From Rebecca billardiae RCC1528 (lineage: Eukaryota > Protista > Haptophyta), in contig OZ251231.1 of NCBI GenBank assembly GCA_965240325.2, positions 1,984,001 through 2,048,000 of the forward strand: a stretch of DNA of 64,000 bases. Reading direction: 5' to 3'. Position 1 is the first letter of the stretch. The number at the start of each line of letters is the position of its first letter. Shown piece by piece: positions 37,303 to 48,896 of this stretch. The notes below the pieces were generated by a model. The model saw nothing but the letters and a program-made list of their open reading frames with translations, did not search any database and was not told the DNA's origin. The translations under genes and the position numbers were made by a program.

Positions 37303-38021
37303 TTAAGACGCTAGGAGCAGCAGCTAGTTATTACAGTACATGACGCACGAGTGACGACGATACCGGATACGGAACCGTAGTCGTGGGTCTGAAGTAGTCA
37401 GCCATGCTTAGTAATAATATTATTCAACTCGGCGCGCGTCACGTCAGACGTCACGTCTTCCGATACACAGTAGCTAGTATGTAGTAACCCAGCGGTGCAG
37501 GCGGCTAGCCGACAGGCGCTGCTGCGACGTCGCCGACCTAAGGTCGGAGTGACTAGTGAGGAGTCGGGCCTGAGCTGCTGGCATGCGGCCCGTGCACGGT
37601 CGCCTGTCTCAGCTACCGACTGACTCAGTACTCAGTAGCAGTCGTAATAATCCGGCTCGAGCGGCAAGCGCGTACCGCCGTACGCGACCGCCCGTCTCAC
37701 GAGTCACGTCTGCCCGGGGAGCACGGGGCAGGCTCGACCAGCTGCTACCAGCGGCTGAGACTGCCAGCTGACATCCGGACCTGCACCATCAGGAGAACCG
37801 CGTCGTCCTACCTGTCGTGTCGTTAAATCATAGAATGCTGATGAGTATTATGAGCAGCCGACGCTGTAGTGGCGACGATCACTACTCCTCAGTAATATTA
37901 CGGTAACCGCTGCTGCGGCTAGTGCGCCTTGCGGCCTCGTCATCGGAATCATGTGTTACGTGAGCAGCGGCCTTATTTGTTATGATCCATGAGATTCATC
38001 GCTGCCGGCGCTGCTGGCACT

Positions 38022-38672
38022 TTAAAAGGTAGTACCAGCGGCAGAGGGGCCGCGCCCGCCGTGGCCGCGACCGCGCTGAGCCCCATGTCCACGCCCACGG
38101 CTATGGCCACGCCCGCGTCCTTGCTCGCGTTTTACATCCGCAGTCTCAGCAGCGCTGACCCCGCGACCGCGTCCACGGCCCGGTGCCGCGCGAACGACCG
38201 CCTCCTTATGCCGTTTGCCTTCCTCGTGCTCTCTCAACTGCGCGGTGCTGGTGAAGGCGAGGCGGCAAGTTGCACACCACCTTCCCTCGGCCGCAGCCGC
38301 TCTCGCCATCTCCGTCTCGCGGTGTCGCTTGCCCTGGCGATGCTCGCGCATCAGGGCAGCGCTGTTCACGCTAACGCAGCAGATATTGCAGTATAGCGAT
38401 GTGATGACCTCCGTGGATCCCTCCTCGCCAGCGCCCTGGCCACCTTCGCCGACCTTGCGCCTCTTGTGCAGCCCAGAGGGCTGCGTGCTGCGGTCCGCGG
38501 CCCTGACCCGACCCTCAGCGGGAGTCTCGGACGCATCAGGGCTATCCGAACCGTCCAAAAGCGAGCTCTCGCCATCGTCGCTGCCAGCTCCCTGGTCGAG
38601 CTCGCGCTCGAGTGCAGCAATGCGCTCGTCCAGGGCGTTGAGCGTCCTCGGCACGACCGTATCGTCCGTCAT
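38022..38672 (-). CDS. Double C2H2 (matrin/U1-like) zinc-finger protein with an RG-rich tail
   Basis: YCNICCVSVNSAALMREHRQGKRH and WCATCRLAFTSTAQLREHEEGKRH. Confidence 0.85.
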   Translation of the reverse strand: MTDDTVVPRTLNALDERIAALERELDQGAGSDDGESSLLDGSDSPDASETPAEGRVRAADRSTQPSGLHKRRKVGEGGQGAGEEGSTEVITSLYCNICCVSVNSAALMREHRQGKRHRETEMARAAAAEGRWCATCRLAFTSTAQLREHEEGKRHKEAVVRAAPGRGRGRGVSAAETADVKREQGRGRGHSRGRGHGAQRGRGHGGRGPSAAGTTF

Positions 38673-38815
38673 GCTGAATCGGTGATTACATTGCCGAAAC
38701 CCGCCGCGGAGACGACGTGCCACTTCCGCACGCTCATCACGCGCGGTCGCGAAAAGCGAGCCGCCCGTCCCTGCCCGCCTCGCCCCCCCCCCCCGCCCCA
38801 AGGCGCGCTCGAGCC

Positions 38816-40769
38816 ATGGCGATCAGCCAGGCGGGAGGCTATGCGGCGGTCTTCGTCACGCTCGTCGTCATCGCCATGTCGGCGCTCGGCATCCTCAAAA
38901 CCGACGTCGCGCGCCACTTCGACCGCGATGCCTACTTTGCGGCGCGCAACTCGCAGTCGCCGCTGCGGCTCGCGCTGAGCTACTTTGTGACCGGCATCGG
39001 CGGCTGGGTGGTCTTCACAGTGCCGCTCATCGGCGCGACGGCGGGGAGCCTGGGCGTTGCCGGCTACGCCCTCTCCGCCATCGTGCCCCTCCTCATCCTG
39101 AGCTTCATCGCCCCGTTCATGCGCCGCAAACTGCCTCGCGGCGTCACGTTTGCCGACTACGTTCTCAAGGTAGCGCACGCGCGCGCGTGCGCGACGGGCG
39201 AGCGCCGTGCGCGCCGAGCGCGCCCTCGGCTCTGCGCGTATCTGTGCATCGCACCGCGCCGCGCGGCGCGGCGCGCGTGCGCGTGCCCGTCTCACGCGGG
39301 TGTGCTGGATTTCAGCGCGGAGGTGCCTTACCCACCCTGCCATCGTGGCAGCTGGTGGCAGGCTGAGATCACACTCCTTGAACCTGAACCGGTTAGCACC
39401 GGCGTAGGGAGCGCTTGTGTGCGACCCCCTCTTCCCTGCCCACCGCGCACCTCGCGGCGCGCACGCGCACGCCGGGCGGCGCTCGCGCGCGCCCTGCCGC
39501 GGGTGTGTCGCGCCGCCCCGGGGTCGCCTGCTGTTCGCAGCGCTTCGGCCCGGCCGTGAGCAACTACGTAACGGTCATCTCGATGGTGTACATGTTCTGC
39601 CTGCTCTCGGGCGAGTACACCGCCGTGAACGGCGCCGCGTCCTTCCTCCTCGGCATCAACGGCATCGTCGCGGCCGTCGGCACCGCGGTGATCACGCTCG
39701 TGTACACGGCCGTCGGAGGTGCGCGCGTGCGCGCGGTGCAGCGCACTCGCACTGTCGGCCGCGGCTGCACTCTCGCGCGCGCGCGCCTCGCCCGAGCTGA
39801 GCTCGCCCCGCCGCGCTCCGTGCGCGCGCACCAGGCCTCCCCGTGTCGCTCCTCACCGACCAGATCCAGGGCATCGCCGTCCTCTTCGTCGGCGTGATCA
39901 TCGCGATCGGCGTACTCGCTTACGTGCCGATCCCGGAAGGCCAGATCGGCGCATCCGGCGCGGCGGACGCGACCATCGACGGGTTCGCGACGGCGGTGAT
40001 CCTGATCATCGCCGTCACCTCGGCGGAGCTGCTCAACGCGGGCTCGTGGCAGCGCATCTGGGCCGCGGAGGACAACGCGGCGATGGTCAAGGGCGTCGGC
40101 ATCGCGTGCGTGCTGATTCTGCTCATGCTCGTGCTGTACGGCGTGATTGGCATGGCCGCCCTCGCCTACTACGGCCCCGCGCTCTTCGTGCCAGACTTCG
40201 TGGCGCACCTGAGCGCGCTCTTCTTCGTGCAAGAGATGGGCGAGGGCTGGGTGGTCACCACCGCCGTCGCCGTCGTCGCGATGGTCGCCTCCTCCGCCGA
40301 CTCGGTCCAGAACGCGATGGCGGCGCTCCTCTCGACGCACGAGAAGGTGACGCTGCCGCGCGCGCAGGCGCTCACCGTCGTCCTCAACATCCCCGCGGTG
40401 GTGGTGGGCTCGCTCGGCATCGACGTGTTCACGCTGCTCATCATCGCCGACCTCTTCGCCGCGGCGACCGTCGTACCGATCGGGCTCGGCCTGTGGGAGC
40501 GCACGCACCCCAACGCGGCGCTCGCCGGCTGCGTGAGCGCCCTCCTGTCTGTGCTCCTCATCTTCATCGTCGGCGGCTCGATCGAGACGGGCAGCGTCGA
40601 GGCGGGGCTCGCGATGATCGTCTGGTACTCGCCCGCGTCGCGCACGTGGCTCGCGGCCTTCCTTCTGCCGCCGGTGATCGGCGGCCTCGTCGCGGTCGTG
40701 GGCTCCCTCGCGACCAAGTACAAGTTCGAGGGCTATGGCGAGGAGGACGTCAAGCCGAGCGCCGCCTGA
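38816..40769 (+). CDS. Sodium:solute symporter (SSS) family transporter; exons 38816-39169, 39541-39718 and 39835-40769
   Basis: Multi-TM protein with YFAARN, TFADYVLK|RFG, YTAVGGLPVSLLTDQIQ, WQRIWAA and ASSADS. The GT-AG introns keep the frame. Confidence 0.9.
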
Positions 40770-41401
40770 GCGCCGCGCGCACCTGCACTCCGCACCTCTC
40801 ACAGTCACGTGCTGGCCGGCACGCGGTTCACCCTGGATCGAGTGCTCGCAGGCGCGCGCCGGCCTTGACCTGTCGTCGCGCTCGCGTCACGACGGGTGCT
40901 GATCGAGTGGCTCCCAAGCTCAGTGCTCACGCCGACTCGCTGCCCGAGGGCCGCCCCGAGGCGGCTGGGCGGCAGCAGCTGCGGGTTCTACTGGCCGATA
41001 TTGCATCATCATTGATTCAGAATTCAGAATCATCAGCAGGTCCGACAGACAACGACGACGACGATGTGGTCATCACTCAGCCATCATCTGGCGCGGTGCC
41101 GCGCCCGTAATTCGGCCGATTCGGGTGATATCGGTCCCGTGATGACGCGACACTCCGGCTGACTCCGGAGTCCGGAGCGGACAGCATTGGTCCAAATAGG
41201 CAAATTTGGTAACTCCAATGAATATAGTCTGAATCACGACCTCTGATGATCGTCATAAATAATTTATTGATAATTCCGGCGGCGGTGACGCCGGATGTGT
41301 CCGGATAATGTAAGTGTACGTCACTGACGAATATATATATATTCGTCGTCTGATTCATATATCAGCATCAGTCATCGTAATGATTCCGCGATCAAGTTCC
41401 T

Positions 41402-41407
<6 letters not shown>

Positions 41408-41478
<71 letters not shown>
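41408..41478. repeat. (TA)n microsatellite
   Basis: Read directly from the sequence. Confidence 0.98.
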
Positions 41479-41480
<2 letters not shown>

Positions 41481-41602
41481 TGTATACGAGCCGGGCCATG
41501 TAAATACTAGACGATAGGCCTCGGCTACTATACTGATATATTTATTATATAATAGGGGGCGAATAGGCGGCATGATGATGCCAACTCGATCATCGATCGG
41601 TC

Positions 41603-43393
41603 TCAGTCTGAGCCAGTAGTGGGCGGCTGGCAGGTCCTGGCCCGTTTCTTCTGACCGACGGTGTCGGCCACAGCCTGGTCCAGTGGATCTGCTTGCTCTG
41701 CCGCCTTAGGCTGAGCTGCAGCGGGTGCACCCGCGGGCGCACATACCATTACCTCGCGGGCGGGCTCGCCATTGGCGTTCGTCGAGCTCGAAGCTGCGAC
41801 GGCAGCAATGCTGAGAGGAGGCTGTGGTGATGGCCCATGGCCATATCGCGCCGAGAACGCCTCTGCTGACCCCGATGGCCCAAGCGCGCGATGCACGCGC
41901 GCCTGGCGTGATCGCAGGAGCTGAAGATTCGCATCCAGAACACGGTGCTGGCCCAGACGGTAGACGAGTGCCATCTGCGTGCGCCGTGCTGCGGCCGACT
42001 CCGGCAGCGTGCCGCCGACGCTGCCGAGTGCTGAGCACCTGCCCGCCACCTCTGCGTCCGCCTTGGCGAGAGCTGCTGCGACGCTCGCTGCCGTGCCACC
42101 CACACCAGCTCGGAGCTCCTCGAGAGTGCTGACAATGGCGCCCATAGCAGCTGCCTCGTTCTCGAGTGTAGTCACATCAGGATCTGCACCGATGTCGTCG
42201 TCCATGTCGCGCGTGGCGCACCCAGCGCCCGCGTGCTCTGGTTCCTCGTTCAGGGATGCCGCCAGCCACCTGTGCCAGGCCTCGCTGGAGGAGCCGCCCG
42301 CAGAAGACTCGTCGTGAGCTGCGCGAGCCGCCTCCTCGCGCGCGGCGAGTCGGTCCAGCTCGTCGGCCGTGCACACGAGCAGCCGCGCTGCCTCCAGCAT
42401 CGCGTGCGGCAGCTCAGCCGCCACGCCCGCACTGCCGCCGTGCAGATAGTGGCTGGCAGGGAGGCGGGCGGAGCGCACGGCCGCACGCACGCGTGCCAGC
42501 TCAGTCGAGCCCCCTGCGCGGCCGTGCGTGCGGCCGAAGGACTCCGCCAGCTCCACGCAGACGACGTCAGCCGGATTGTCACGCAGCACGAAGCCGTAGT
42601 GCTGCACCAGCTCCGCCGAGCCCTTGGCACCGTAGCTGATTCGCACCTCGGCGCCGGGGGCCACCGAGCGGCCCGCGCGAAGGCTGTAGGCGGCGGCGGT
42701 GGCATGCAGCTGCGCGCACGATGCGGCGTCGTGGTTGAGCACATCGACGAGCGGCACGAGGCAGCCCAGCTCCTCGCCGTGCACGTTCACCCGCAGCGCG
42801 CGCGACCAGTAGATGGCGTACGCCCAGCGCAGCCACAGCTCCGAGTAGGCAGCGCGATCGCCAAACGGCCCGGGCGCATCGCGCGCGAGCGCGCCGACGA
42901 GCTCGCAGTGGACGCGACGGATGTCCTCGCGCAGCCGCTGTGTCGCAGAGTACACCGCCGTCCCTTCGAGCAACGCGCGCAGCTGCTCCTCAGGCCAGAG
43001 GATGGTTGCATCCAAGCTTGAGGGCGTTAGACTTTCCGGCCACTCCTCGCTCGGCCCGGGCAGGGATGCGATGTACGCAGCCCAGCGGCTGGTAGGCCCA
43101 AGCGCGCGCTGGTAGAGCAGGAAGATGCACACCAGGAAGGTATTGTCCACACCCTTCGGCCCGTGCCGTGCGCGCAGCTCCGAGAGCGGGCGCCCGACCT
43201 CTGCGTCTGCGAGCGCTGCGCGAGCATGCATGAGCAGCGAGATCGGGCACGAGATGACCTCCTCGCCAGCGGCGATATGCCGCACGGCATAGCCGGCGTA
43301 ACCGGCTACTTCTGGGGCGACGGCGATGTGCAGCGCGTCAAAACGCGCTCCTTCCCCGCGCAGCCACTGCTCCAGACCTGCCGGAAACGCCAT
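41603..43393 (-). CDS. SET-domain protein methyltransferase (Rubisco LSMT/SETD3-like)
   Basis: Motifs SRWAAYIASLP, WAYAIYWSRA, LVPLVDVLNH and EVRISYG..GSAELVQHYGF. Confidence 0.9.
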   Translation of the reverse strand: MAFPAGLEQWLRGEGARFDALHIAVAPEVAGYAGYAVRHIAAGEEVISCPISLLMHARAALADAEVGRPLSELRARHGPKGVDNTFLVCIFLLYQRALGPTSRWAAYIASLPGPSEEWPESLTPSSLDATILWPEEQLRALLEGTAVYSATQRLREDIRRVHCELVGALARDAPGPFGDRAAYSELWLRWAYAIYWSRALRVNVHGEELGCLVPLVDVLNHDAASCAQLHATAAAYSLRAGRSVAPGAEVRISYGAKGSAELVQHYGFVLRDNPADVVCVELAESFGRTHGRAGGSTELARVRAAVRSARLPASHYLHGGSAGVAAELPHAMLEAARLLVCTADELDRLAAREEAARAAHDESSAGGSSSEAWHRWLAASLNEEPEHAGAGCATRDMDDDIGADPDVTTLENEAAAMGAIVSTLEELRAGVGGTAASVAAALAKADAEVAGRCSALGSVGGTLPESAAARRTQMALVYRLGQHRVLDANLQLLRSRQARVHRALGPSGSAEAFSARYGHGPSPQPPLSIAAVAASSSTNANGEPAREVMVCAPAGAPAAAQPKAAEQADPLDQAVADTVGQKKRARTCQPPTTGSD

Positions 43394-43616
43394 CGTGCTG
43401 CATCAGCCACTCGCCCACTCCGAAAGTCCGAAACCGGAGTCCTTCGTCGCTGGGTCCGGCCTTCCAGCGACCAGAGCAGGTGGGCCGTCGTCGCCCTCGT
43501 GCAAGGGATCAGTGCGCCGCCGCGAAACACAGCGCGTGCCGCGCGGCGGCGGCGGACGCACGAACGCGCGTCGCTGGTCGGGGTCGCACGTCCTGCTCGC
43601 TTGCGCCCTACGCGGA

Positions 43617-45545
43617 ATGAGGGTTGCCCTGGCCGTCGGCCTCGCTGCGTGCGCACTGGTGGGCACAGAGTCAGCGCCCGCGCGCCGGCTCCTCGTCGAT
43701 TCATCGAATCACACGAGCGCACGCCGCCTGACGACCGCAGGAGCGAGGTCGGTGGCGCCATCACCCGTCGCTGGGGCGTCGCCGCCTTCCCCACCGCGTT
43801 GGAGATGGAATCCGAAGCTCTGGCCCCACCCGCCGCCCCCCTCGCAGCCGCCGAGCGCGCCGCCGAGCTCCCCGCCGCCGCAGCCATCACCGCCGCCCGT
43901 TTGGTGGGAGTTTCCCGCGCTCTATCCGAGGCCTCCGCCGCCGACGCCCTCGCCCTCGCCACCCCGACCACCACCATCGCCCCCGCCGCCACTGCCGCCG
44001 TGGCCGCCGTGGCCACCGTGGCCATCACCGCCGCCGCTGCCGCGCCCGCCGCCTCGGTCGCCTTTGCCGCCTTCGCCGCCGTGGCCGCCACTTCCACTCG
44101 CGTGGCGCCCGGTGCTCAGCCCCCCTCCAGCCCCGCCCGCTCCGCCGTCAGAGCCGCCACCGCCGCCCCTTCCACCCGTCCCTCCGCTTCCGCCCATGTC
44201 GCCGCCCGCGTGGCACGAGGCTGCGGGCGAGCTCGGCATCGGCGAGGCCGCCATCATCTCGTTGCTGGTCGTGTCCGCGGCCGGTTGCGCCGTCCTCTGG
44301 GCGCGCGCGCTGTGCTGCCGGCGCAAGGAGGAGGCGCGCGGCTCGTCGCTGGCGCGCAAGGACGCGAACGCGTACGACGAGGAGGACGGCGCCACGGCCG
44401 ACTCTGCGGGCTGGGGTGGCGGCTCGGGCGGCGGCTGGGGCACGCACGGCCACGCCGAGGACGGGCTCGCGGCCGCGCACGAGGGCCCGCCTGTGCCGGC
44501 GCGCGCTCAGCTGGGCACGCCCGGCCGGATGGGCGGCGGCCACCATGGCTCGCGCGCCGCCGGTGCCGGTGGCGAGGGCGGCGTGGAGCTCGCGCATCGC
44601 GCGCACGGCGCGCACGGGAGCTCTGAGCTCCCGCCGGTGCGCACAAGCGTGGCGGGACTGGCGCCGCGCCCCGGAGTGGCGCCGCCGCCCCACCGCAGCC
44701 CCGAGCGCGCGCTGCCGTCGTGCGGCAACGGCGGCGGCACGGCCACGGCCGACGACTTCCACCCGCGCCGGGCGGCGTCTTCGGCCTTTGACGGGCAAGG
44801 ACGCACGCTGCGCGTCGACGACGACGGCGAGCTCGGCGCGGGGGGTAGTAGCGACGACGGCGGCGCCTCGCCTCCGCGCAGCCACGGTGCCAACGGCTGC
44901 GGCGCTCGCAGAGCGAGTGCAGGCCTCTGTGCAGGCCACGGCGCAGCCGCAGCGGCAGCCGCAGAGGGCGGCGCGACACGCATCCCCAGAGTGGGCGCCA
45001 ACTGGCGCGCGCGCGCACGCTCGCCGCGCAGTGATGACGGCAGCGACGACGATGGCGACGACGACGATGGCGCCACGCCGCGCTCCCGCACAGGCGCGCG
45101 CCGAGCAGACTCAGCGGGCTCTGATGAGCGCCGTTCGCCACGGCGGCACACCAGCAGTGAGGGCGACGGCAGCGACGACGACGCCCGGACACCGCCCTCT
45201 GCCCGTGCCGGCGCCTTGCGAGGCCTGCCGGCCGGGCGCAGATGGGGCGGCACCGGGGCGCGTGGCGCCGCCGGCACGCAGCGGCACCAGCTGCTGCCCC
45301 GTGGAGCCGCCGCTGATGACGAGGCGGGATCGAAGCGGCTCACAGCATCGCGCATCGCCGCGGGAGCGCGCGCGGCGACTGCGGGCGCGCGTGCTGCGAC
45401 CGCCGGCGCACGCGCCGCGATTCGGCCCTCCGTGCCGCGCAAGCAGCAGTACGGGCAGGTCGCCACGGGCGACCTGTCGCACAACTCCCATTCGGACGCC
45501 GACTCCGATGACGACTTGGACCACGACGGCCGCCGCTGCCGCTGA
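43617..45545 (+). CDS. Type I membrane protein: signal peptide, extensin-like Pro/Trp-rich ectodomain, TM and disordered tail
   Basis: MRVALAVGLAACALVG, then SPPPP/PPWPP repeats, then TM AAIISLLVVSAAGCAVLW followed by CCRRK. Confidence 0.7.
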   Translation: MRVALAVGLAACALVGTESAPARRLLVDSSNHTSARRLTTAGARSVAPSPVAGASPPSPPRWRWNPKLWPHPPPPSQPPSAPPSSPPPQPSPPPVWWEFPALYPRPPPPTPSPSPPRPPPSPPPPLPPWPPWPPWPSPPPLPRPPPRSPLPPSPPWPPLPLAWRPVLSPPPAPPAPPSEPPPPPLPPVPPLPPMSPPAWHEAAGELGIGEAAIISLLVVSAAGCAVLWARALCCRRKEEARGSSLARKDANAYDEEDGATADSAGWGGGSGGGWGTHGHAEDGLAAAHEGPPVPARAQLGTPGRMGGGHHGSRAAGAGGEGGVELAHRAHGAHGSSELPPVRTSVAGLAPRPGVAPPPHRSPERALPSCGNGGGTATADDFHPRRAASSAFDGQGRTLRVDDDGELGAGGSSDDGGASPPRSHGANGCGARRASAGLCAGHGAAAAAAAEGGATRIPRVGANWRARARSPRSDDGSDDDGDDDDGATPRSRTGARRADSAGSDERRSPRRHTSSEGDGSDDDARTPPSARAGALRGLPAGRRWGGTGARGAAGTQRHQLLPRGAAADDEAGSKRLTASRIAAGARAATAGARAATAGARAAIRPSVPRKQQYGQVATGDLSHNSHSDADSDDDLDHDGRRCR

Positions 45546-46074
45546 TTGCGGCATGAGCATCTGCTGGGGACACAGTACTCACCGTCTGCTGGAGACGGAA
45601 CGGTACACTCTACAGTCTGATTCTGCTAAGGTAGCTTACTTCAGCCACTTCCAGCTGATCAGATACAGCCTTGGCGCACTGCCAAGCTAGAAGCAACCCT
45701 ACCTCGGCAACACTACACACTTTACTTATACCAGACGAAACGTCGCGCGCGCTCGAAATGGGAGGCCTTCGAGGAAAGTGCATCGCCGAGTTCAGGGGCC
45801 GCTGGAGGCGCACACGGCACACGCGCGCTTTCGACAAGCCACGGACGGGCAACGGCCGCTTGGAAAGCGCGAAGTATCCGAATTTTCCGCAAGAGAAGCT
45901 GCGCACCGGCCACACAACCCTAAAGGTGCGTCTCTCGCGGCGCGCGCCTGCGACCACGCGCAGCCCACGCGCTTCCGCACCCTCGCGAGCTCACACGCGA
46001 CCTCTCCGCCCGCCTTCGCCCCCCACCTGCGCCGCAGCTCCTCGCCTCGCTCACCCGCTCCCAGCTCGCTCGTC

Positions 46075-47521
46075 ATGTCGTCGTCCACGTCATCGTCGTT
46101 CCTCCCGCTCGCCATCGGCGTCAGTGCTGCTGCCGTCGGCGTCCTCGCCGTCACGCACATGCGCAAGGCATCGTCGAAGAAGACCAAGAAGAACGGCGCG
46201 CGCCTCAAGCAGGTCGACTTCTCCACCCAGCCCATCGTCTCCGTGGCTCCCCCACAGAGCATCTCCAAGCTCGCGTCGATGAGCGCCGCAGACTTGTGCG
46301 CGCACGGCCCGCGCGCTCGCGCCCACCTGGATGCAAGCGCGCTCGCAGGCGCGCGGCCGAGCGTGTGCTCACCATGTGCGCTATGTCTGCGCTATTCCGC
46401 CCACCGCCGCCCGCAGGAGCGTCAAGAACCTGCCGCCGAGCGAGAAGGGCTTTGTGGGCATCTGCATCGCCGGCACCGGCCGCATCGCCGAGGTGCACGT
46501 GCGCGCCATCCTGGGCAACCGGCGCGCGCGGCTGGTGCACGTGGTCGACGTGATGGGCGAGCGGGCCAAGGCGTTTGGCGCCAAGTATGGCTGCGCGACG
46601 TACTCCACGGACATCGCGCAGGCGTGCCAGGACCCTGCGGTGGACGCGGTGATGGTGTGCACGCCCACGCAGTTCCACGCGGCCGTGTGCAAGGTCGCCG
46701 CAGAGTACGGCAAGCCGATCTTCTGCGAGAAGCCCGTGGCCGCCGTGACGGACGACCTGATCAAGGTGTACCAGCACGCGGCTGCGTGCGACGTGCCGCT
46801 GCTCTGCGGCTTCCACCGCTCGTACGACCCCAACTTTGCGGAGGTGGTCGAGCTCGTTCAGTCGGGCGCGCTGAACGGCGTGTCGGTGCTCAAGTCGACG
46901 TCGCGCGACCACCCGCTGCCCTCGTTCGACTTCCTCAAGAAGGGCGGCGGCGAGCTGTTGTACGACTTCACCGTGCATGACTTTGACCAGCTGCTCTGGC
47001 TCACGGGCGATGGCGCCGACATGCCCGTCGCCGTCTTTGCCGCAGTCGGCACGTGCCTCGAGGAGCTGAAGGGCTCGGGCGTGGACGACACGTGCCTCGT
47101 GGTCGTCAAGTTCGCGTCGGGCGCGCTCGCGACCATCGACAACAGCCGGTTTGCGCCGTACGGCTACGACGCGCGCTGCGAGGTCTTCGGCCGCGGCGGG
47201 CAGGTGGCGATGAACAACCCGTCCACCTCCGCCGTCGTGCTGCAGTCCAACCGGCAGGGCGCGGTGGGCGGCGCCGTCGACGAGTCGTTCCCGCAGCGGT
47301 ACGCGCAGGCGTACGCCAACCAGATGGACCACTTCCTCGACATCTGCATGTTCGGCGCGGCGGAGAAGGTGGGCTTCAAGCACGCCCTGCTGGTCAACTT
47401 GCTCGCGGACGCCGCTGTCGAGTCGAAGCAGACTGGCGCTTTCGTAAACTTTGCCAAGTTCGCCGGGGCGAAGATGGCAGCGGCCGGCTTTGCGCTCGAC
47501 AGCTCGGCCGCCGCCGCCTGA
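46075..47521 (+). CDS. Gfo/Idh/MocA oxidoreductase, myo-inositol 2-dehydrogenase-like, with an N-terminal anchor; exons 46075-46295 and 46417-47521
   Basis: Motifs IAGTGRIA..H, CTPTQFH, IFCEKP, GFHRSYDP, SRDHP, DFTVHDFD and YGYDARCEVFG. Confidence 0.9.
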
Positions 47522-47870
47522 TGGCTGATTGGCCTGTCAGAGATGCCGGCGACGCCGCCTTAACGGCTTAAGGTTTTAGTATGACTACGTACCTATGTAA
47601 TACCTCGCACGGGCAGCAGTCGCACTACGGTCCGACGGTCTGCGGCCGTGCTGGTGCGGTGCGCACCGTGAGAACTTTCGGGCGGCATCATCATATTATC
47701 ATCATCGCGCGCGCGCCTGAATGTATTCGATCAATTCAGATGATAACTACGGCCCGCGCTTGCTATGCAATGCCAATCAGCTGCCGTGAGACTCGAATTA
47801 TAACGAGAGCAGCATAGCCTCAGATGAATAATTATCGGCCACACTGCCATACAGACTAATAATTGGCGGC

Positions 47871-47872
<2 letters not shown>

Positions 47873-47952
<80 letters not shown>

Positions 47953-48003
47953 CTCGATCTCGATCTCGATCTCGATCTCGATCTCGATCTCGATCTCTCT
48001 CTC
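47873..48003. repeat. (CT)n/(CTCGAT)n compound microsatellite
   Basis: Read directly from the sequence. Confidence 0.98.
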
Positions 48004-48157
48004 TACGGTAGTTGAGCGGACTAGCTAAACTACTATTATTATAGCTATATATATATATTGAATACTCACACACTACACTACACATATATACACTGCGTGC
48101 ATCACAGCGTGTGTATGGCACGGATCAGCTGGACACGCTTACAATACGTAGAGTCGA

Positions 48158-48781
48158 TCAGCGGATAAGATTCTGCACGTAGTCATCACTCAGGCCGATG
48201 TGCGCATAGTGCTCGCGCATTTTGGCCACCTTGTCGAACACGTCCTCAGCATGCTGCACGTTGCCAGCCTCGTCGCAGTAGAGGAGCGCGCCACTGACGT
48301 GAAACAACGTAAGCATTTCCTCATCGCCAAGCGTGACGAGTGTGTGCGTCTCCCCGGGCGTCTCATGCACGTACGCGCCTGGTCCTGCCTCCCACTCGTG
48401 CTCCAGGTACCGCCACCGGCCTCGCAGGACGTGTGCGTGCACTGGGCCGGTGTGGCGATGGCGGCTCAGCACGCCACCACCTCCCTTGACGCGCAGGATA
48501 TTGACGTAATAGCCCTGCGACACGCACATACACAGCGGGAAGAAGGACACCGAGTCGGTCTGAGGGACCCACAGCGGCGAATCGTCTGCGGGCACAGCCT
48601 GGCCAACAACGATTTCCGGCCGCGCGTCTAGTGGCTGCAGGCTCACGGCGGTCGTCGATGGCGCACTGGACATGATTGCCGAACGCGCGAGGCCACCGAG
48701 CCGCAATAGGCTGCTGCTCTTCGTCGCGTGGAGACGCGCTGCGCCACTCCACAGCGCGATGTGCACGAGGGCGCGCATCAT
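48158..48781 (-). CDS. Cupin, 2,4'-dihydroxyacetophenone dioxygenase/ChrR-like family, with an N-terminal targeting-like extension
   Basis: LSRHRHTGPVHAHVLRGRWRYLEHEW..GPGAYVHETPGETHTL. No introns. Confidence 0.85.
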   Translation of the reverse strand: MMRALVHIALWSGAARLHATKSSSLLRLGGLARSAIMSSAPSTTAVSLQPLDARPEIVVGQAVPADDSPLWVPQTDSVSFFPLCMCVSQGYYVNILRVKGGGGVLSRHRHTGPVHAHVLRGRWRYLEHEWEAGPGAYVHETPGETHTLVTLGDEEMLTLFHVSGALLYCDEAGNVQHAEDVFDKVAKMREHYAHIGLSDDYVQNLIR

Positions 48782-48896
48782 GCCGAGTCTCGGCGCAGAA
48801 TAATCCGGACCGATCATCAGTGTTATTCAGTGCAGAGCGGGTCCGGTGGGCGCGGCCCCCGTGCGCGCTCGCCCGTGTGGATACTGGCTGGACGGC

